Positions 43,526 to 59,068 of a stretch of DNA of 64,000 nucleotides are shown here, piece after piece. Source of the stretch: Eledone cirrhosa. Its lineage: Eukaryota. The notes beneath the pieces were generated by a model. It worked only from the letters and a program-made list of their open reading frames with translations, made no database searches and had not been told where the DNA came from. Position numbers and translations under genes: made by a program. Each line of letters begins with the position of its first letter. Position 1 is the first letter of the stretch. The DNA lies in assembly GCA_964016885.1 (NCBI GenBank), contig OZ024749.1, forward strand, positions 44,826,001-44,890,000. The letters are read 5' to 3'.

Positions 43526-44447
43526 TGACTAATTTATAGATATTCAAGTGAAGTTTTAGACATGCCAATTCTACTCATATCCAAATGATATATTCAATAA
43601 TTTTCCTCAACTGGTTAATATATAATTCATGAAAAATTATACATTAATGTTATCACGCTTCGATATCTTCAACATAAGTTGCACTCAGCCCTCCAATATG
43701 ACAAATCTGCTTAGAGTAAAGAACAATTTGCCTTACACTGCAAAGTATAAATTTAATTAGGTTGCCTGTTTAATTGAATTCTCTGTTGTTTATTTCGAAA
43801 TCAGCACTGGGAAAACAGACATGAAAAAATGAATTCAATCCATTATCCTCACATCGTTTAGAAAGTAAGTATCATATGGAAAGTATATTGTCAGAAACTA
43901 GGATAAAATCTGGTGGAAATGTGACTTCTATTTCCAGCAGGCCGTGTGACAACGTAAATGATCCCCAGTTATAGTTACGTCTAGTTGTTTCAGACACAAC
44001 ATAGATAATATAATAGGACACTGTCCACTGACTATCCAATTAACTGCCCTCTCTGTTAAACACTAGGCCATGTGTGCATTCATAAAGAACCCATTATTTG
44101 ATACAGACTACCACAAATCTGTGTTCGTTTTAATAACTGATAGTCAATGCTTGCCACTCTGAATATGTTACCAAATAAGGTTGACAGCAGTTAAGTAATG
44201 CGTTTTAGGGGCAACAGGGTAGGGATTTTAGGATGTTTAATTTGATAGTTCTGGCCTATTTGTTCATAAAAGGACTGTGACTCAGTCTTTTCTTTTATCG
44301 TTTGTCAGCCATCACATCTAACTCAGCTTACATTTAAGTGGGGTGTTTCATTCAAGAAAGGTAATTTTTCTTGTCTTGCCAATGTGATAATGTCCTCAAC
44401 TATGACTCATGTTAGATAGACATATATGTACTTCTATATATGATACA

Positions 44448-44510
<63 letters not shown>

Positions 44511-44538
44511 ACTCCTGCGTTTGTTTGTCATTTTGAAC

Positions 44539-44569
<31 letters not shown>

Positions 44570-45420
44570 ATGTGTGCGTGTCTGTGTGTGTTGTGTGTAT
44601 GAATGTACGTACGTATGTATATATAAATACGCACCACCACATATATATGCATATATATGTAAGCATATATGTGTGGTAGTGCGGATTTATAAAATACATA
44701 CATAGATTAATTCATATAGTCATACATACTTACATACAATCATATATAAATACATACAAATAAAAAGAAACCTTGAAACACTTTTCTTTATTTAAGAGTA
44801 TTTTTTCTTCTTAAAGGCTAAAGGTTAGGTGGGCAACGAAAGAGAAATCTATGAATGAATTTAAAGAAAGAGATCCTCAACAAAGCTAAACAAATAAATA
44901 ATTATTAACAAAATCTTTTGAAATTTGTCGAATGAATAAGAAGACAAACTGATGAATAGACATAAAAGAGTAATTTATGAATTGATGTTGGGTTTATAGT
45001 GACGAGAAAAAAGACTCTTAATAAAAACGGTTGATATAAGTCATTCACACAATTACAATTTAAATAGCTGTGACGAAAAAAAAAAAACTTGTATAGAAAA
45101 TTTTGAACACGAAACAGTGATCTTGTTTGGGTTAGACTTTCACATTCTTTTTTTCTTTCTAATATTTATTTAAATATATGAATTAATATAAATAAGTCAT
45201 ATAAGAATTAAAATAAAAAATAAAATTATCAAACTACTTTAGACACCGACCATACTGGTGTTCAAATCTGAAGGAAATTAGGCGTTCATATCAAGGCCAG
45301 CAATTACTTTCTCATTTTTTGTAATAATTCTATCGATTTCTTTTTGTCGAACCGCTAGTTTATAGATAGCAAACAGATCTACGCACAACATTAAATACAC
45401 ACACGCACAGACACACACAG

Positions 45421-45456
<36 letters not shown>

Positions 45457-46941
45457 GCATACAAGCATAGTCCCGTAACTCCTGACTGAGAGTGTCATAG
45501 CGGCAAGTATTAAAAATGATGTTTCTCTGACGGTTTCTTCTTTAAAACTTACTGCAGTCCATCTCCTCTCCGGGTGTGAATACACCAGATTTCTTCCAGT
45601 GAAGGATTGAAAGAGTGCGAGATAGAAAGTGAGAAGGCGATATAGAGAAAGAATCGAATTGTACTTTTGTAGTTTTTATCGCCCCAGACTGGATGAAAGG
45701 CAAAGTTGACCTCAGCGAGATTTGAACTCAGAGATGATAGAGACGAAACGAATACGACAAATCATTCTATCGGACGTTCTAAAAATTCTACCAATTCACT
45801 TTATATGTATGACTAGATTTCTACTTAATTTCAGTCTACTATATTTCAATCGCAAAGCAGGGACAAGCCCGAGGCTGTAGTTGAAAAACAAAACATGCCC
45901 AAGGTGTCTGACACAGAGAGATGATCCGAAAACATGTATTTACACGTAAAATGTAACCCAGTTAAATCTGACACATGATCGGGTCGTTGGCGACTAAATT
46001 CGTAACCCCAACAAGCTTGTTTGCTGAGATCGCTGCTTTTTCTGGACAAAATATAGGATGATATCCAAGCCCCAGCAAACAGAAGACGAACTCATCTTTT
46101 TTCGAACAGAGGAGTTCGAATCCCACCGAGTTCAACTTTGACTTTTATCATGTTTAGGTCGTTAAAAAAGTACCAGTCTAGTACTGGGTTGGATTGTTCT
46201 TCTTTCTGGAATAAATCTGTTGTATAAATATACGTATGTTTGTATCATATATAGAAGATGGGCTCCACCAGGCTTAAAATGTCCAATAAAAGCCGTATGT
46301 CAATACAGCATCCCTATGACTCTATTATCAACATATAAGTGCAATCTCCTTCCTCCACCAATATGTCCCCAAACATCTGATCTTTACTTTTTTATTGGCT
46401 AACGCACTCATATGTGTCACAGTAAAATGCTAATTCTATAAATGAAGTTTTCACATAAAAAAGATCATCAGCGTTACGTGTACCTCTTAAGGGAGACACA
46501 TCCTATTCCTTCAATTGCGTGATTATGATTTCGTTTTAAAATATGAATATCGATTTTCTTAGTAAACCAATTTTCGGTTACAGATTCAACCAGTTTTCGT
46601 TGCAAAACCTCGGGCACATGAATACTTTCTGAGGTTTTTGATTGTATTCCTTAACATGGAGACAAAAAGAAAAGTTTATTCCCAGAGGTTATCAAAGAAG
46701 AGTAATTTAGAAAAAGATGAGGCCGTGTATACTGAGATATCTGCAGGAGGGGAAAGACTAATAGAAAGCGGTTAGATGAAGGTAGAGAAAAGAGAATATA
46801 GGGCAAGTAAGATATATGAAGTTAACCCCCACTCGCACTCTGCAGACTTCTCTATGTATAACCTTACTTCATTCTGTAACTTAGCATTGGCGAAGCTCCA
46901 GAGTAAAAAAATCTATGACCTGAAAAATTATGTGTATATAT

Positions 46942-47039
<98 letters not shown>

Positions 47040-47675
47040 ATATATAAGTATATATATATATATATTTGTATAGTCGCACACATACACACACACATGTGTG
47101 TATTCAACACTTAGAATGTGTTGGGCCCTTAATACCCGAGCCTGTTGTATTGCGAATTGTCATGTGTATTTAAATATATCTGAAAACATTCGGATTCTTC
47201 CGCAGACTTCGATATGGGTAGAAAAGAAAGAGATATTAGAGTATCATAATTAATATTGGATTGGGTACATTAATTAATGAATTAGGAAAGAATTAAAAGC
47301 AAAGCTGACACCGACAGGGGTTGAACCTAGAGCAAAAGGATACGGAAATTAGACCGCAAAGTATATTGTCCGGTCTGTTAGAGACTCTGCCAGTTCTCAC
47401 GATTCAATGTTATATATAATTTCAAAAATAGTAGTAACTTATTATTAGTAGTAAATTATATTAGAAATAAAAAGCATATATCTGGTGTTTCATGAATGTT
47501 AAATGTATACGTGTTGTTGTTGATACGTGGTTACACAAAAACATACTATAGCATTAAATAAAGTAATACATGTAAGTTTGCGTCTGTGTGTTCAATCTCT
47601 TATCACACGCATATACATATACATTCACACACACAAATATATATATATACACGTATAATAAATTATATAATATGC

Positions 47676-47748
<73 letters not shown>

Positions 47749-47758
47749 CATATATATG

Positions 47759-47860
<102 letters not shown>

Positions 47861-48519
47861 TATATATATATACATTTATATAATATAAACAGAAAAAGAA
47901 AAGCGCAGAATGGAAAGATCGAGAGAATGAACAATAGAAAATGAGAGAGAGAGAGAGAGAGAAGAAGAGTGTGTGAAAGAGTCAAATGAGAAAGGTGAAA
48001 CATTATATTGGTGCGTGTGTAAGTGAAAATGGGTATGCATTAACCTAAATGTACGTCACTCTAATAAAAACCGGTTTTCCCAATCGAAGGAGAAAAAGTT
48101 TCGAAAAAATACAAGGAAAAAAACAAAATCTGACTTAATTCCGTTAAAACATCGCTGATATGGGAAAATTTATGAGCGCAGTCTTTTGATTGCAAATCTT
48201 TCTATTTTTGTTTATCTCTTCTCAAATCTTTATTTTATATTATTTTTTTATCATTTCTTTTGCACCACACACACTAAGTTATATTCATGCTGACACGCAT
48301 ACATACGCTTTGAGACACATACGCAAACGTATGCTCAACCAGATCGTGCAGAAATAAGTGTACAAAAGTGTGAAATTGGTATTTACTGCTCCGAGAACGA
48401 AGGGCGTGGAATTTGGCACAAATGATTGAAGAGAATGGCTGTTTGGTTCATTGCTATCTACTTTGGTAATTCGCTATTTAAATACATTCAGGTTTTCTTA
48501 TTCGGTCTATTTTCTTTCT

Positions 48520-48650
48520 GGTGCAGCTATGGCTGATTGGTTAAGAAGTTTGCTTAACTATCAGGAGCGTCTTGCGTTCGTTCCCACTGCGCGGCGTCTG
48601 GGGGAAAGTTCCGAGTCGTCTCATGCCTTGTGAGCGATATTGTGGATGGT
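48520..48650 (+). mobile_element. Degenerate tRNA-derived SINE, third family
   Basis: TGGCTGATTGGTTAAG A-box-like and GTTCGTTCCCACTGCG B-box-like head. Confidence 0.45.
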
Positions 48651-48796
48651 TGTTCAATGGAACTTAAAGTTCTAACCTTGTCATATATCATGCTCCACTG
48701 ATTCTCCTTGGAAAATACAATACATTAACAACAAAAATATCAGCACAATGAGATATTCACATTCAAACGTAAGGATGACGACTGAGAATCTTCATA

Positions 48797-49195
48797 ATAA
48801 TAATAACTGTTTCTACTTTTGGCACAAGGCCAGCAATTAACCAGTACATTACTGGTACTTTATTTTATCGACCCCGTAAGGATGAAAGGCAAAGTTAACC
48901 CCGCGGGATTTGAACTCAGATCATAAAGGGACGTAACTCTATGCTTCAAAGCATTGTGTCCGACTCTCTATCGATACTGCCAATCCATATAATAATAATA
49001 ATGATTTCTACTATTGGCACAAGGCCAGCAATTTTGGGGGAGGGGAAATTCGTTTAAATCGACCCCAGTACGTTACTGGTGCTTTATTTTATCGACCCTG
49101 TAAGGATGAGAGGCAAAGTTAACCTCAATGGATTTGAACTCAGGCCGTAAAGGGCCGTAACTGTATGCTGCAAAGCATGGTGTCCGACTGTCTAC
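48797..49195 (-). mobile_element. Two tandem SINEs (long form 48990-49195, short form 48797-48987)
   Basis: Family matches on the minus strand, joined through an (ATT)n tail. Confidence 0.88.
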
Positions 49196-49278
49196 TAATA
49201 ATAATAATGCAGTTGATGAAAATGTTGTTGTTGATGATGATGATGATGATCATGATGATGATAATGATGATAATGAAA

Positions 49279-49345
<67 letters not shown>

Positions 49346-49727
49346 CGACGACAACTGGGATGATGATGATCATGTTGAAGATGACTGACTGTTGGTGACG
49401 ACTGTCGGCAAAAAGGGAAGCAACAGAGTTTCACAACGTGGTTCCATTAACATCAGATCCACACGTAGAAGAAATGTGTAAATATATGATTTCTAATGGA
49501 AAACCATAACGGAAAACAAGACAAGAGCAACAACGTAACTAAAAAAAACTACAAGAGGAGAAAACAAAAATATGAATAGTAACACGAAAAGAAGAAATCA
49601 TCTTAATTAATAACATTGTTATTATTGTTGCTGTTGATGTTGTTGAGTCGCTTGTGGAGAGGTGGCTTTCATGATGATGATGGTGGTGGTTTGTAGTGGA
49701 GTCATTGAATGAATAAAAAGGAAAGGA

Positions 49728-49762
<35 letters not shown>

Positions 49763-49771
49763 ATATATATA

Positions 49772-49807
<36 letters not shown>

Positions 49808-49810
<3 letters not shown>

Positions 49811-50002
49811 CGAAGGAAATGTGGTAAGGAACCAGGTGGACCATAACGCACCAAAGTACTCAATACTTGAGGTAGTAGAGTGGGTAATAGGAACCAGTAA
49901 GACCCCGACAGCTGAGCTCAAGCCGTTTCGACGGCTAATTCTGGCTAGTCCAGAATTAGCCGTCGAAACGGCTTGAGCTCAGCGGTCGGGGTCTTACTGG
50001 TT

Positions 50003-50007
<5 letters not shown>
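49808..50007 (-). mobile_element. PLE-like fold-back cassette, family A1
   Basis: Extension 49808-49886 plus palindrome 49887-50007; (TA)n flanks. Confidence 0.8.
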
Positions 50008-50056
<49 letters not shown>

Positions 50057-50134
50057 TATAATAGATGAATTATAGGGGTAGATGAATTGGAATATATAAT
50101 TTTCATCACACTCACACATATATACACCAGACAC

Positions 50135-50168
<34 letters not shown>

Positions 50169-50354
50169 AAATATATATTTATATATGTATGGAAATATGT
50201 GTATGCATATATACATGCATGTGCAATTGTAAATATATAATTAAATATATATGTGTCTGTATGTCTCTGAGAAAAATTATACTTTTTATATGTATGCACA
50301 TATTCGTATTCATATACGTATATATACACGTATACATGTGTAATTATAAATTTA

Positions 50355-50430
<76 letters not shown>

Positions 50431-51301
50431 TGTCTTCGCGTGTGTGTATGATAGTGTCTGTGTGTGAGTATCTGAAAATGGGCGTGTGCATTTATGTATA
50501 TGTGTATAGATGTATTGTATGTGTGCATGCATGGATAGACGGATCTCAGTATTCTTTTTTTCTTATTCACATTTCATTCTCTAATAACATCAGCAGGCTT
50601 TCAACATATTGCTTCTACAAAGGAGGATAGCTGAGTCAACATTTTCCAGATTTTACAGTAAACATTCACATGTCATACGTAACTGTCAAAAACATAAATT
50701 TGCCAAAATACGAATGAAATTATCTATATACACATCCAAATACAAGCAGATATATTCTTTTAAGAGCGTATATATAATTAGATCGATGTGTGTATGTATG
50801 TATGTTTGTATGAATGTATAAATGTGTGTAGGTTTTTATGTATGCATGTATATATGTGTGTTTGTATATATGTACGTGTGTAAGTATATAAGTTTGTTTG
50901 TACGTATGCACGAATTTGTATGTGTTTGTATGTTTATATCTGTGAGTGCGTGTACAGAAGAATATGTGTATGCCCAGAACTCATACAGTTTCCCCTCTAC
51001 GAAGTTTTCCTAAAAATCATTGGTTTACCGGGGCTAGAGTAAAACTCATTTGCGGTGTTTCAGAAATTCTAAGGCATACATTAATATATATGGTTTACAT
51101 ACGCGTTTTTTCTCAAATGTCTTACCGTTCCTTCTTCTCACTTACTATATTTCTATATACTCTTTTAATTTTCATTCTATCTTCTGGGGAAGAACTAGTA
51201 TCCCAAATTTAAAGACATCTATATCAAGCGTTAACCTAATATAATTCTTCACTGTACTGTTTTTTTTTTGGTTTAAGTTTGCAGATATATACATACATAC
51301 A

Positions 51302-51366
<65 letters not shown>

Positions 51367-51371
<5 letters not shown>

Positions 51372-51669
51372 TGTTGGATGCTTAAAGCGTCCGTATGCGG
51401 TTGGCCGTTTGAGCAGATTATCAGTGTTACGACGAATGGAATTTATTGGATATATTACAATCGTTTCTCTGGCGACCAGCTCGAGGCACAATCGATGTGA
51501 TGATCGAACCTGACTCTGAAAATCGCAAGGTCCTCAACGTCTTAATTCTACGAAGCAAAATCTGCTTCCTTCGTCGCATCGATCGTGCCTCGAGCTGATC
51601 GCCAGAGAAACGATTGTAATATGTCAAATAAATTCCATTCGTCGCAAAACTGATTCTCTTTTTTCTGTG

Positions 51670-51670
<1 letters not shown>
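51367..51670 (-). mobile_element. PLE-like fold-back cassette, family F
   Basis: IR 51430-51503/51571-51644, each arm carrying GAAA-CGATTG-TA; lies between (TA)n and (CA)n. Confidence 0.55.
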
Positions 51671-51763
<93 letters not shown>

Positions 51764-52020
51764 TTATGCATTTGCAAGATTTGTGCGTTTCAAATAATAA
51801 AATTGACAAAATCGTAAATGTAAAATTTAAATGAATGTAAATGAAATATAAGTTAAGTTATATGAAAATGCTGTGGGAATATTACACATGTATTACTGCT
51901 AAAATGGCACAGTTTAGGATTACTTATAAAATTTATTAAACTCCGATAAAATAAATCCGATTAAAAAATTAAATCCCTGTGAAAAAGCATTATATGCATA
52001 TATATATGCATGTAGTATTA

Positions 52021-52116
<96 letters not shown>

Positions 52117-52172
52117 GTTCATGTGTGTGTATGTCTACAGGGTCTCTGACGTATTTGAGCATACATACATGA

Positions 52173-52239
<67 letters not shown>

Positions 52240-52760
52240 TACAGATCCTTCATTTCTATAGAGATTAAAAATGCAAAATTAAATTCTTCACAATTTATAA
52301 TCTAGAGAAAACAATTTACACAAGAGTAATAATATATGATTGACAGAATCAATATGTAAAGATATTTACAAGGAGCATTTCCTTTGGCAAATTTCAGTTC
52401 TCCGTTTACTTTACCATTTTCGTATATTTTTGTATGTTTTAAGGGCGCTGAATCTTGCAAAAGTGAAGTCTGCAATGAATTGCCTTAAGGTGTTTAAGTT
52501 TCATATATTTCTCACGTGAGCTGAAGATGTATTGAAGTGATTCTCTTGGTTTTGTTATTTTTTCTTGTCCTTTAGCTGTTTAGAGGCGATAATATCGTTT
52601 TCAACTTGCAATAGCCACGCCCACGTTTTACCATATTTTCACAGCTACTGTGTCCTTTCAAAAGTTCAGTGCCGATAAAGTATTCCCCAAATAAACAGCT
52701 CTCCTGTCACTTCAAGGGAGTATAACATTATGTGTTAAATAATAAACTGCCATATATATA

Positions 52761-52825
52761 TGGAGATTCAGGACTCCGACGGTTGAACTCCTCTCGTTTC
52801 GACAGCTAGACAGCTAGATCCGAAT
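52761..52825 (-). mobile_element. Family A2 fragment
   Basis: CAGGACTCCGACGGTTGAACTCC...CGTTTCGACAGCTAGA...GATCCGAA between short TA runs. Confidence 0.6.
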
Positions 52826-52960
52826 ATATATATGTTTAGAAAAGGTAAAAATTCTCGAACGCAGAGGATCGAACTGCAGCTTTTTCAATATGCATATATC
52901 ATTGACTTATCTAAGCTGCGTTCACAGTTATTTTCCTGTGTCCAAGATTTTCTACGTTTA

Positions 52961-53058
<98 letters not shown>

Positions 53059-53510
53059 TTATATGTATACGCCTTTATTTAAAATCATTCATTTTTGTAA
53101 ATTGCCTGATTGACTTCCGGTATTTAATGACGTGATTTTTCAAAGCCCAATCACAAATATTCCCCCATCTGCTCCGAATTAGTCAACAGCATTATATATA
53201 ATCAATTGATTTCTTTCTTTCCTGTGCAACACATTCCTTATCACTTCGAGCACTCAACCAATTGACGGATGTCATCACAAAACATTCATTCATAACATGG
53301 TGCATTTTATTTCTTAACTAATATTTATCAATGAAGTTGAATTAATATTTGTTTGTAATAAGGTAATACTTTCATTAATCAGGAATATCGCGTAATATTT
53401 TACACATTTGATTTCAATGATTTGATTAAATCACAAATAATTAGCAAATGAGTGACTTTACGTGTGCATGAGTTGCATGTAAATATATACTATATATATA
53501 TATATATATA

Positions 53511-53749
53511 TTTCATGTTGCTCCAGTTTACACAGCTGTAAAAATGAGTTGCGATGTCACTGGTGCCAAGCTGTATCGGCCATTGCCTTTCTCTTGGACA
53601 TCATTGGTGGCGTGGAGAGAGGAGTCTGGTATGCAGGGCTGACTACTTGCCTTGCTCAAACAACATTACCTGGACTTGTCCCTCGTAGGGAAACTTTCTA
53701 GGTTTAAATCCCATGGTCATTCATTACTGAAAGGGGTCTTTACCCTTTT
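53511..53749 (+). mobile_element. 5'-truncated SINE-like repeat
   Basis: Start TTTCATGTTGCTCCAGTTTACACAGCTGTAAAAATGAGT is similar to 15750-15795; ends in TTTACCCTTTT. Confidence 0.5.
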
Positions 53750-53763
53750 TATATACATATATG

Positions 53764-53850
<87 letters not shown>

Positions 53851-54017
53851 ATGTGTGTGTGTGTTCTCGGTGTCGTAGCAAGTTGAGGGTTCTTTTGCAT
53901 GAGCGGATTATTGGCACTCCACATAATAGTCTGATGATGCAGCCTGATACCAGTGGGACCGCTGACCAGGATGATCCCAGTCACATTGAGCAACAGGAAT
54001 AGATGATGATGAATTGT

Positions 54018-54061
<44 letters not shown>

Positions 54062-54156
54062 CTATATCATTTATATATATTTATATTTATATATATATAT
54101 AAAGAGTGACAGTCATTTTGGGAGCAGAAAAGAATAAATTGTTGCAATAAATTTAA

Positions 54157-54238
<82 letters not shown>

Positions 54239-55408
54239 CAAACATCACACAGCGCCAGTATATTTTACTCTGAGTTCATTGTAGACTCACTTGTAATAAA
54301 CCTGTGACAGTTGAAATCATGAATATATCTAAATTAGATATTTCAACCGTTTTATAAAAACAAATGTTAATTTCTTACATATATTTTAATACTAATGGGA
54401 TTTTCTCCTTAGTTTAACCAGTTTCGTCCCTAGAAATAAACACTCGTTAATCAATATTTTGATATGATAAGATAGTGGAGATTTTGTCACGTTTATTGTA
54501 ATTCTTTTCCGTTATTATATGAAAGGGTGCGCCGAATTCAGTACTACTGAAGTTGGTTTAATGAATTATTTATATATCTTATATTTATGAGTTTCAGAAT
54601 TGGTAGAGCGTTGGACAAATTGTTTTACATTGCCGTATATTCACTGTTTAAAATCTAGTGAAATCGGATTTGCAATTCACGCATACGTAGAAGTAAAAAT
54701 TAATTTTTCAATCAAGAACTCCGTCTATGTAATCAATTGCATTCTCCCCCTGCCCCAAAATATGATGGCTTATGTCTATAATTTAAACATGCGTGGAGTT
54801 TCGTCCCATGGAATCAAATTCCTGACAGCATTGCTATAAATTCATAACGATAGAATAAGTAAAGGTATAGTAAAATTTATATTGGTTTCGTTATGAACGA
54901 TTCATAACCTTTGAAGATTGAATCACCGCAGGGCCGGATCTAATCGATAAAATCGTTAATACAGTAAACACGAAATAGAAAAGTTAGTGTCTGAAATGTT
55001 AATAACAAGTTAGAAATTGGACAATGGAATGAAACTTGGTTCACTTATCCAAAGAAGTGAATTGAATAGTCTACAAAGAAAAGAACATGATTAAAAAAAC
55101 TTGTTCACCGAGTTCTGGTTGGCAGTGACGTAAATTTAAGTTACCGTTTCTTTTATTAAAATGATAGATTCGTCAAATGTCCGCCTATTCGTTTAACTTG
55201 ATAAACCGGTGTCTCAGTTATTAGTAAGTATTACGTATTGTGTCGATGTTGAAATTACGATGCTGCATATTTTCTTCGTTGTTTACCAAATCGAAGAGCT
55301 CTTTGAGCAAATGCTTTCCAGCTATGATTAAACAATCTAGTCATGCAAAGTTTTTCAGCACTAATTTATTTAATAGCACTCCAATTAAATTTATGCTAGG
55401 CTGTAAAG

Positions 55409-55687
55409 TCATCCTTACGTGGTCGACAAAATAAAGCACCAGTAATGCACTGGGGTAATTGCTAGCCTTGTGCCAAAAGTAGAAACAATTAGTTTGTATC
55501 ATCCTATGATTTGAGTCAAAGTTAGTCATTACATAACCATCGTCTTTTAGTTTGAAATATCAAGCAGTTTTCTATGTCTCATATAATAATTGTTTCTAAT
55601 TTTGGCACAAGGCCAGCAATTATCTCAGTGTATTACTGGTATTTTATTTTATCGAGCCCGTAATGATGAAAGGAAAATTTAACCTCG
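55409..55687. mobile_element. Two 5'-truncated SINEs, convergent (55409-55490 +, 55584-55687 -)
   Basis: 3' halves of the main SINE family in opposite orientations. Confidence 0.8.
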
Positions 55688-56018
55688 TATAATAATAACC
55701 AATTGAATTACTTATTCCTGACCATTTCCTTTACAAACGAATACTTTAAGCTGTACAAACGAAATGTGAATGTAGGCAGTTCCTGCACTCCAGGAGCGTT
55801 TTGATCTGAGGATGAGAATGCAAGAAATGATAGATATTCGTAGAAAATCTAACATATATAAGTAACCGGATAAACAACACAACAATTAATATATATATAG
55901 TAATTTCATGTTTGTTTCGGCCGTTGATACCTCATCAGAGGATAGAGGAAGAAACAAGATATAGAAAGCTAGATAGAAAATAGGCCACACACATGCGGCT
56001 AAAACCTCGATTAACACC

Positions 56019-56124
<106 letters not shown>

Positions 56125-56686
56125 ATGTGTGTGTGTGTGTATATATATATATACACACACATGCATAACTATAAATAAATGGGGCAAGTAAAAAACAGTA
56201 AACATCATTATAAACCTACCCTTATTTTGTGGGCGTTTTAATACCTCTGATGACGAAGAACATCAATTTAATATCAGCCCAAACCTTTACAAAAACACAC
56301 AGAATAAAGGCAAATAGACAAAACCCCTTTTTTTTTGTTATCTATCTGTACCATTTTCGTCTTTTTCTTTACATTTTTAATTATATGGGGATTTTTTTTT
56401 TGTTAATTTCCCCACATCTCACACTTTGCGAAGATGTAAAAACGGAGTAACGGCTGCATTTCTGTGGTTGAGGAAAATAAATATTAATCAAAGATTTCAC
56501 AAACCACTAAAAAGACAAAAAATACATAAGATAGGAAGCTGTTCTTTTTTTTTTTTTGTTGTTTTTTTTTTTTTACATTGACAGTTGGTTACTTGTATAT
56601 ATGAATCAAAATGATTCAAAATATACGACCAAAAAACCACAATTGGGCGTTAAAAAAATAGGTATTAATAGGAAAAAACAAATTTA

Positions 56687-56717
<31 letters not shown>

Positions 56718-56768
56718 CTTCTTCTTCTTCTTCTTCTTCTTCTTCTTCTTCTTCTTCTTCTTCTTCTT

Positions 56769-56958
56769 GTGGATTGGCAGTATCGGTAGAGGGTTGGACG
56801 CCATGCTTTCTAGCATAGTTACGTCCCTTTATGATATGAGTTCAAATCCCACCGAGGTTAACTTTGCCTTTCATCCTTACGGGGTCGATAAAATAAATTA
56901 CCAGTAATCTACTGGAATAATTGCTGGCCTTGTGCCAAAAATAGAAACAATTATTATT
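56769..56958 (+). mobile_element. tRNA-derived SINE, short form
   Basis: Full family match directly after (TTC)n 56689-56768. Confidence 0.9.
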
Positions 56959-57054
56959 GTTCTTACTGTTGTTGCCGCAGTTGTTGTTGTCATTGTGGTT
57001 TTATTGTTGTTGTTGCTCTTCTTATTTTTATTGTTGCGGACGTTTTGCAGTTAT

Positions 57055-57086
<32 letters not shown>

Positions 57087-57113
57087 TCCTTCCTTCCTCC
57101 TGTGTTTGTTACT

Positions 57114-57305
57114 ATAATTGTTTCTACTTTTGGCACAAGGCCAGCAATTATCCCAGTGTATTACTGGTAATTTATTTTATCGACTCCGTAAGGATGAAAG
57201 ACAAAGTTAACCTCGACGGGATTTGAACTCAGAATGGCAAGGGCCGTAACTCTGTGCTAGAAAGCATGGCACCCGACCCTCTACCGATACTGCCAATCCA
57301 CCACC
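57114..57305 (-). mobile_element. tRNA-derived SINE, short form
   Basis: TSD TGTGTTTGYTACTATAAT at 57101-57118 and 57308-57325. Confidence 0.9.
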
Positions 57306-57660
57306 CTTGTGTTTGCTACTATAATGTCATAGAATAAGTTAGTCAACAGAGGATGATCAATTCATAACACTGACCCACCCAGATTGATGAGGGAAACAAT
57401 ATATCATAGAAATAGAAAGAAATAAGAACAGATAATTTGTAGTTATAACATTTACCTGTTTATAATAAAAGTCATTCATGATTGTTGGCCCTTTTGTAAT
57501 CTCTTTCTTTAATTCTTTCTTTATTTTTTCTATCACTTTCTTTCCCTCATTTTCTATCGCCTTTCACTCCCTCTGTATCTCTTCGTATTAGATTTCTTTT
57601 TGTTAATATTTAGATGGGCACAGTCATTTCAGCCGGTGACAAGATGCTTCTCATTATTTA

Positions 57661-57977
57661 TTTCGGCTGTAGAAAGTCGGACACCTTGCTTTGCAGCATA
57701 GAGTTACGACCCTTTACGGTCTGAGTTCAAATCCCGCCGAGGTTAACTTTGCCTTTCATCCTTACGGGGTCGATAAAATAAAGCACCAGTAACGTACTGG
57801 GGTCGATTTAATCGACTTTCCCCTCCCCCAAATTTACTAGCCTTGTGCCTATACTAGAAATCATTATTTCTTTCGGCTTTAGAAAGTCGGACACCATGCT
57901 TTTCAGCATAGAGTTACGACCCTTTACGGTCTGAGTTCAAATCCCGCCGAAGTTAACTTTGCCTTTCATCCTTACAG
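57661..57977 (+). mobile_element. SINE long form (57661-57869) plus partial tandem copy (57872-57977)
   Basis: Both start with TTTCGGCTKTAGAAAGTCGGACACC; the second copy breaks off at (TA)n. Confidence 0.85.
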
Positions 57978-58385
57978 ATACATATATATATATATATATA
58001 TATATATGCCCATGTGCATGTGTTGGTGTATAAGAGGGGGACTGTAACGAGATAAAGACAGATAGACAGACATACATACAAAGTGACTGGTATATATTGA
58101 AAGGGAGTTAAGATATTTAGCACTGTTATGACATATGTGATAACGATATGATGAAACAAATAGAGTAGAAACATGAGATGGTTTAGTGTGAACTGTGGGA
58201 GAAAACCACCGGATAATAGTTCGAGAGTATTGAACACAAATCTATTTTGTTTTTTATTACAGTTAATCTCAATAGAATTTATAGACTTTTATAGCCGTTT
58301 AAGATGAAGTCGTTGTGAATATGTCCATGTAGAAATGCACGGTTAAGTCACCGGATATTGAAAAAGTATATATTGCTGCTAAGTA

Positions 58386-58575
58386 ATAATTGTTTCTACT
58401 TAAGGCACAAGGCCAGCAATTACCCAGTACATTACTGGTACTTTATTTTATCGACCCAGTAAGAATGAAAGGCAAAGTTAACCTCGGCGGGATTTGAACT
58501 CAGACTGTAAAGGTACGTAACTATGCTAGAAAGCATGGCGTCCAACCCTCTACTGATACTGCCAATTCACCGACC
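58386..58575 (-). mobile_element. tRNA-derived SINE, short form
   Basis: Perfect 18-bp TSD TTGCTGCTAAGTAATAAT at 58373-58390 and 58576-58593. Confidence 0.92.
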
Positions 58576-58791
58576 TTGCTGCTAAGTAATAATCCTGTCA
58601 ATGTCAAACGATCTCTGTGTGTTTAATTTTGTGGCTTTACAGAGATTTAGAAAAGGGACATAACTGATACTACTTTGTAAACACAGCACACATATATAAA
58701 GGTGTTAAGTATGTACGAAGTTATATATATATATATGTATGTATGTTTCTGTGTCTGCGTCTGTGTGCGTTTGTGCGTAAGTCTGTATGAG

Positions 58792-58852
<61 letters not shown>

Positions 58853-59068
58853 GTGTGTGTGTGTGTTATGTTCAAACATAACAATATTTAAATATATTTT
58901 CATATTCGTCATTATATGTCTGTGAATATATATATATTTATATATATTCATAGATATATAGCTATATAGATATAGACATATAGATATATAGATAGATAGA
59001 TAGATTGATTGATAGATGGATAAATAGATAGAGAGACAGATTGACAGACAGACAGATAGATAGATATG

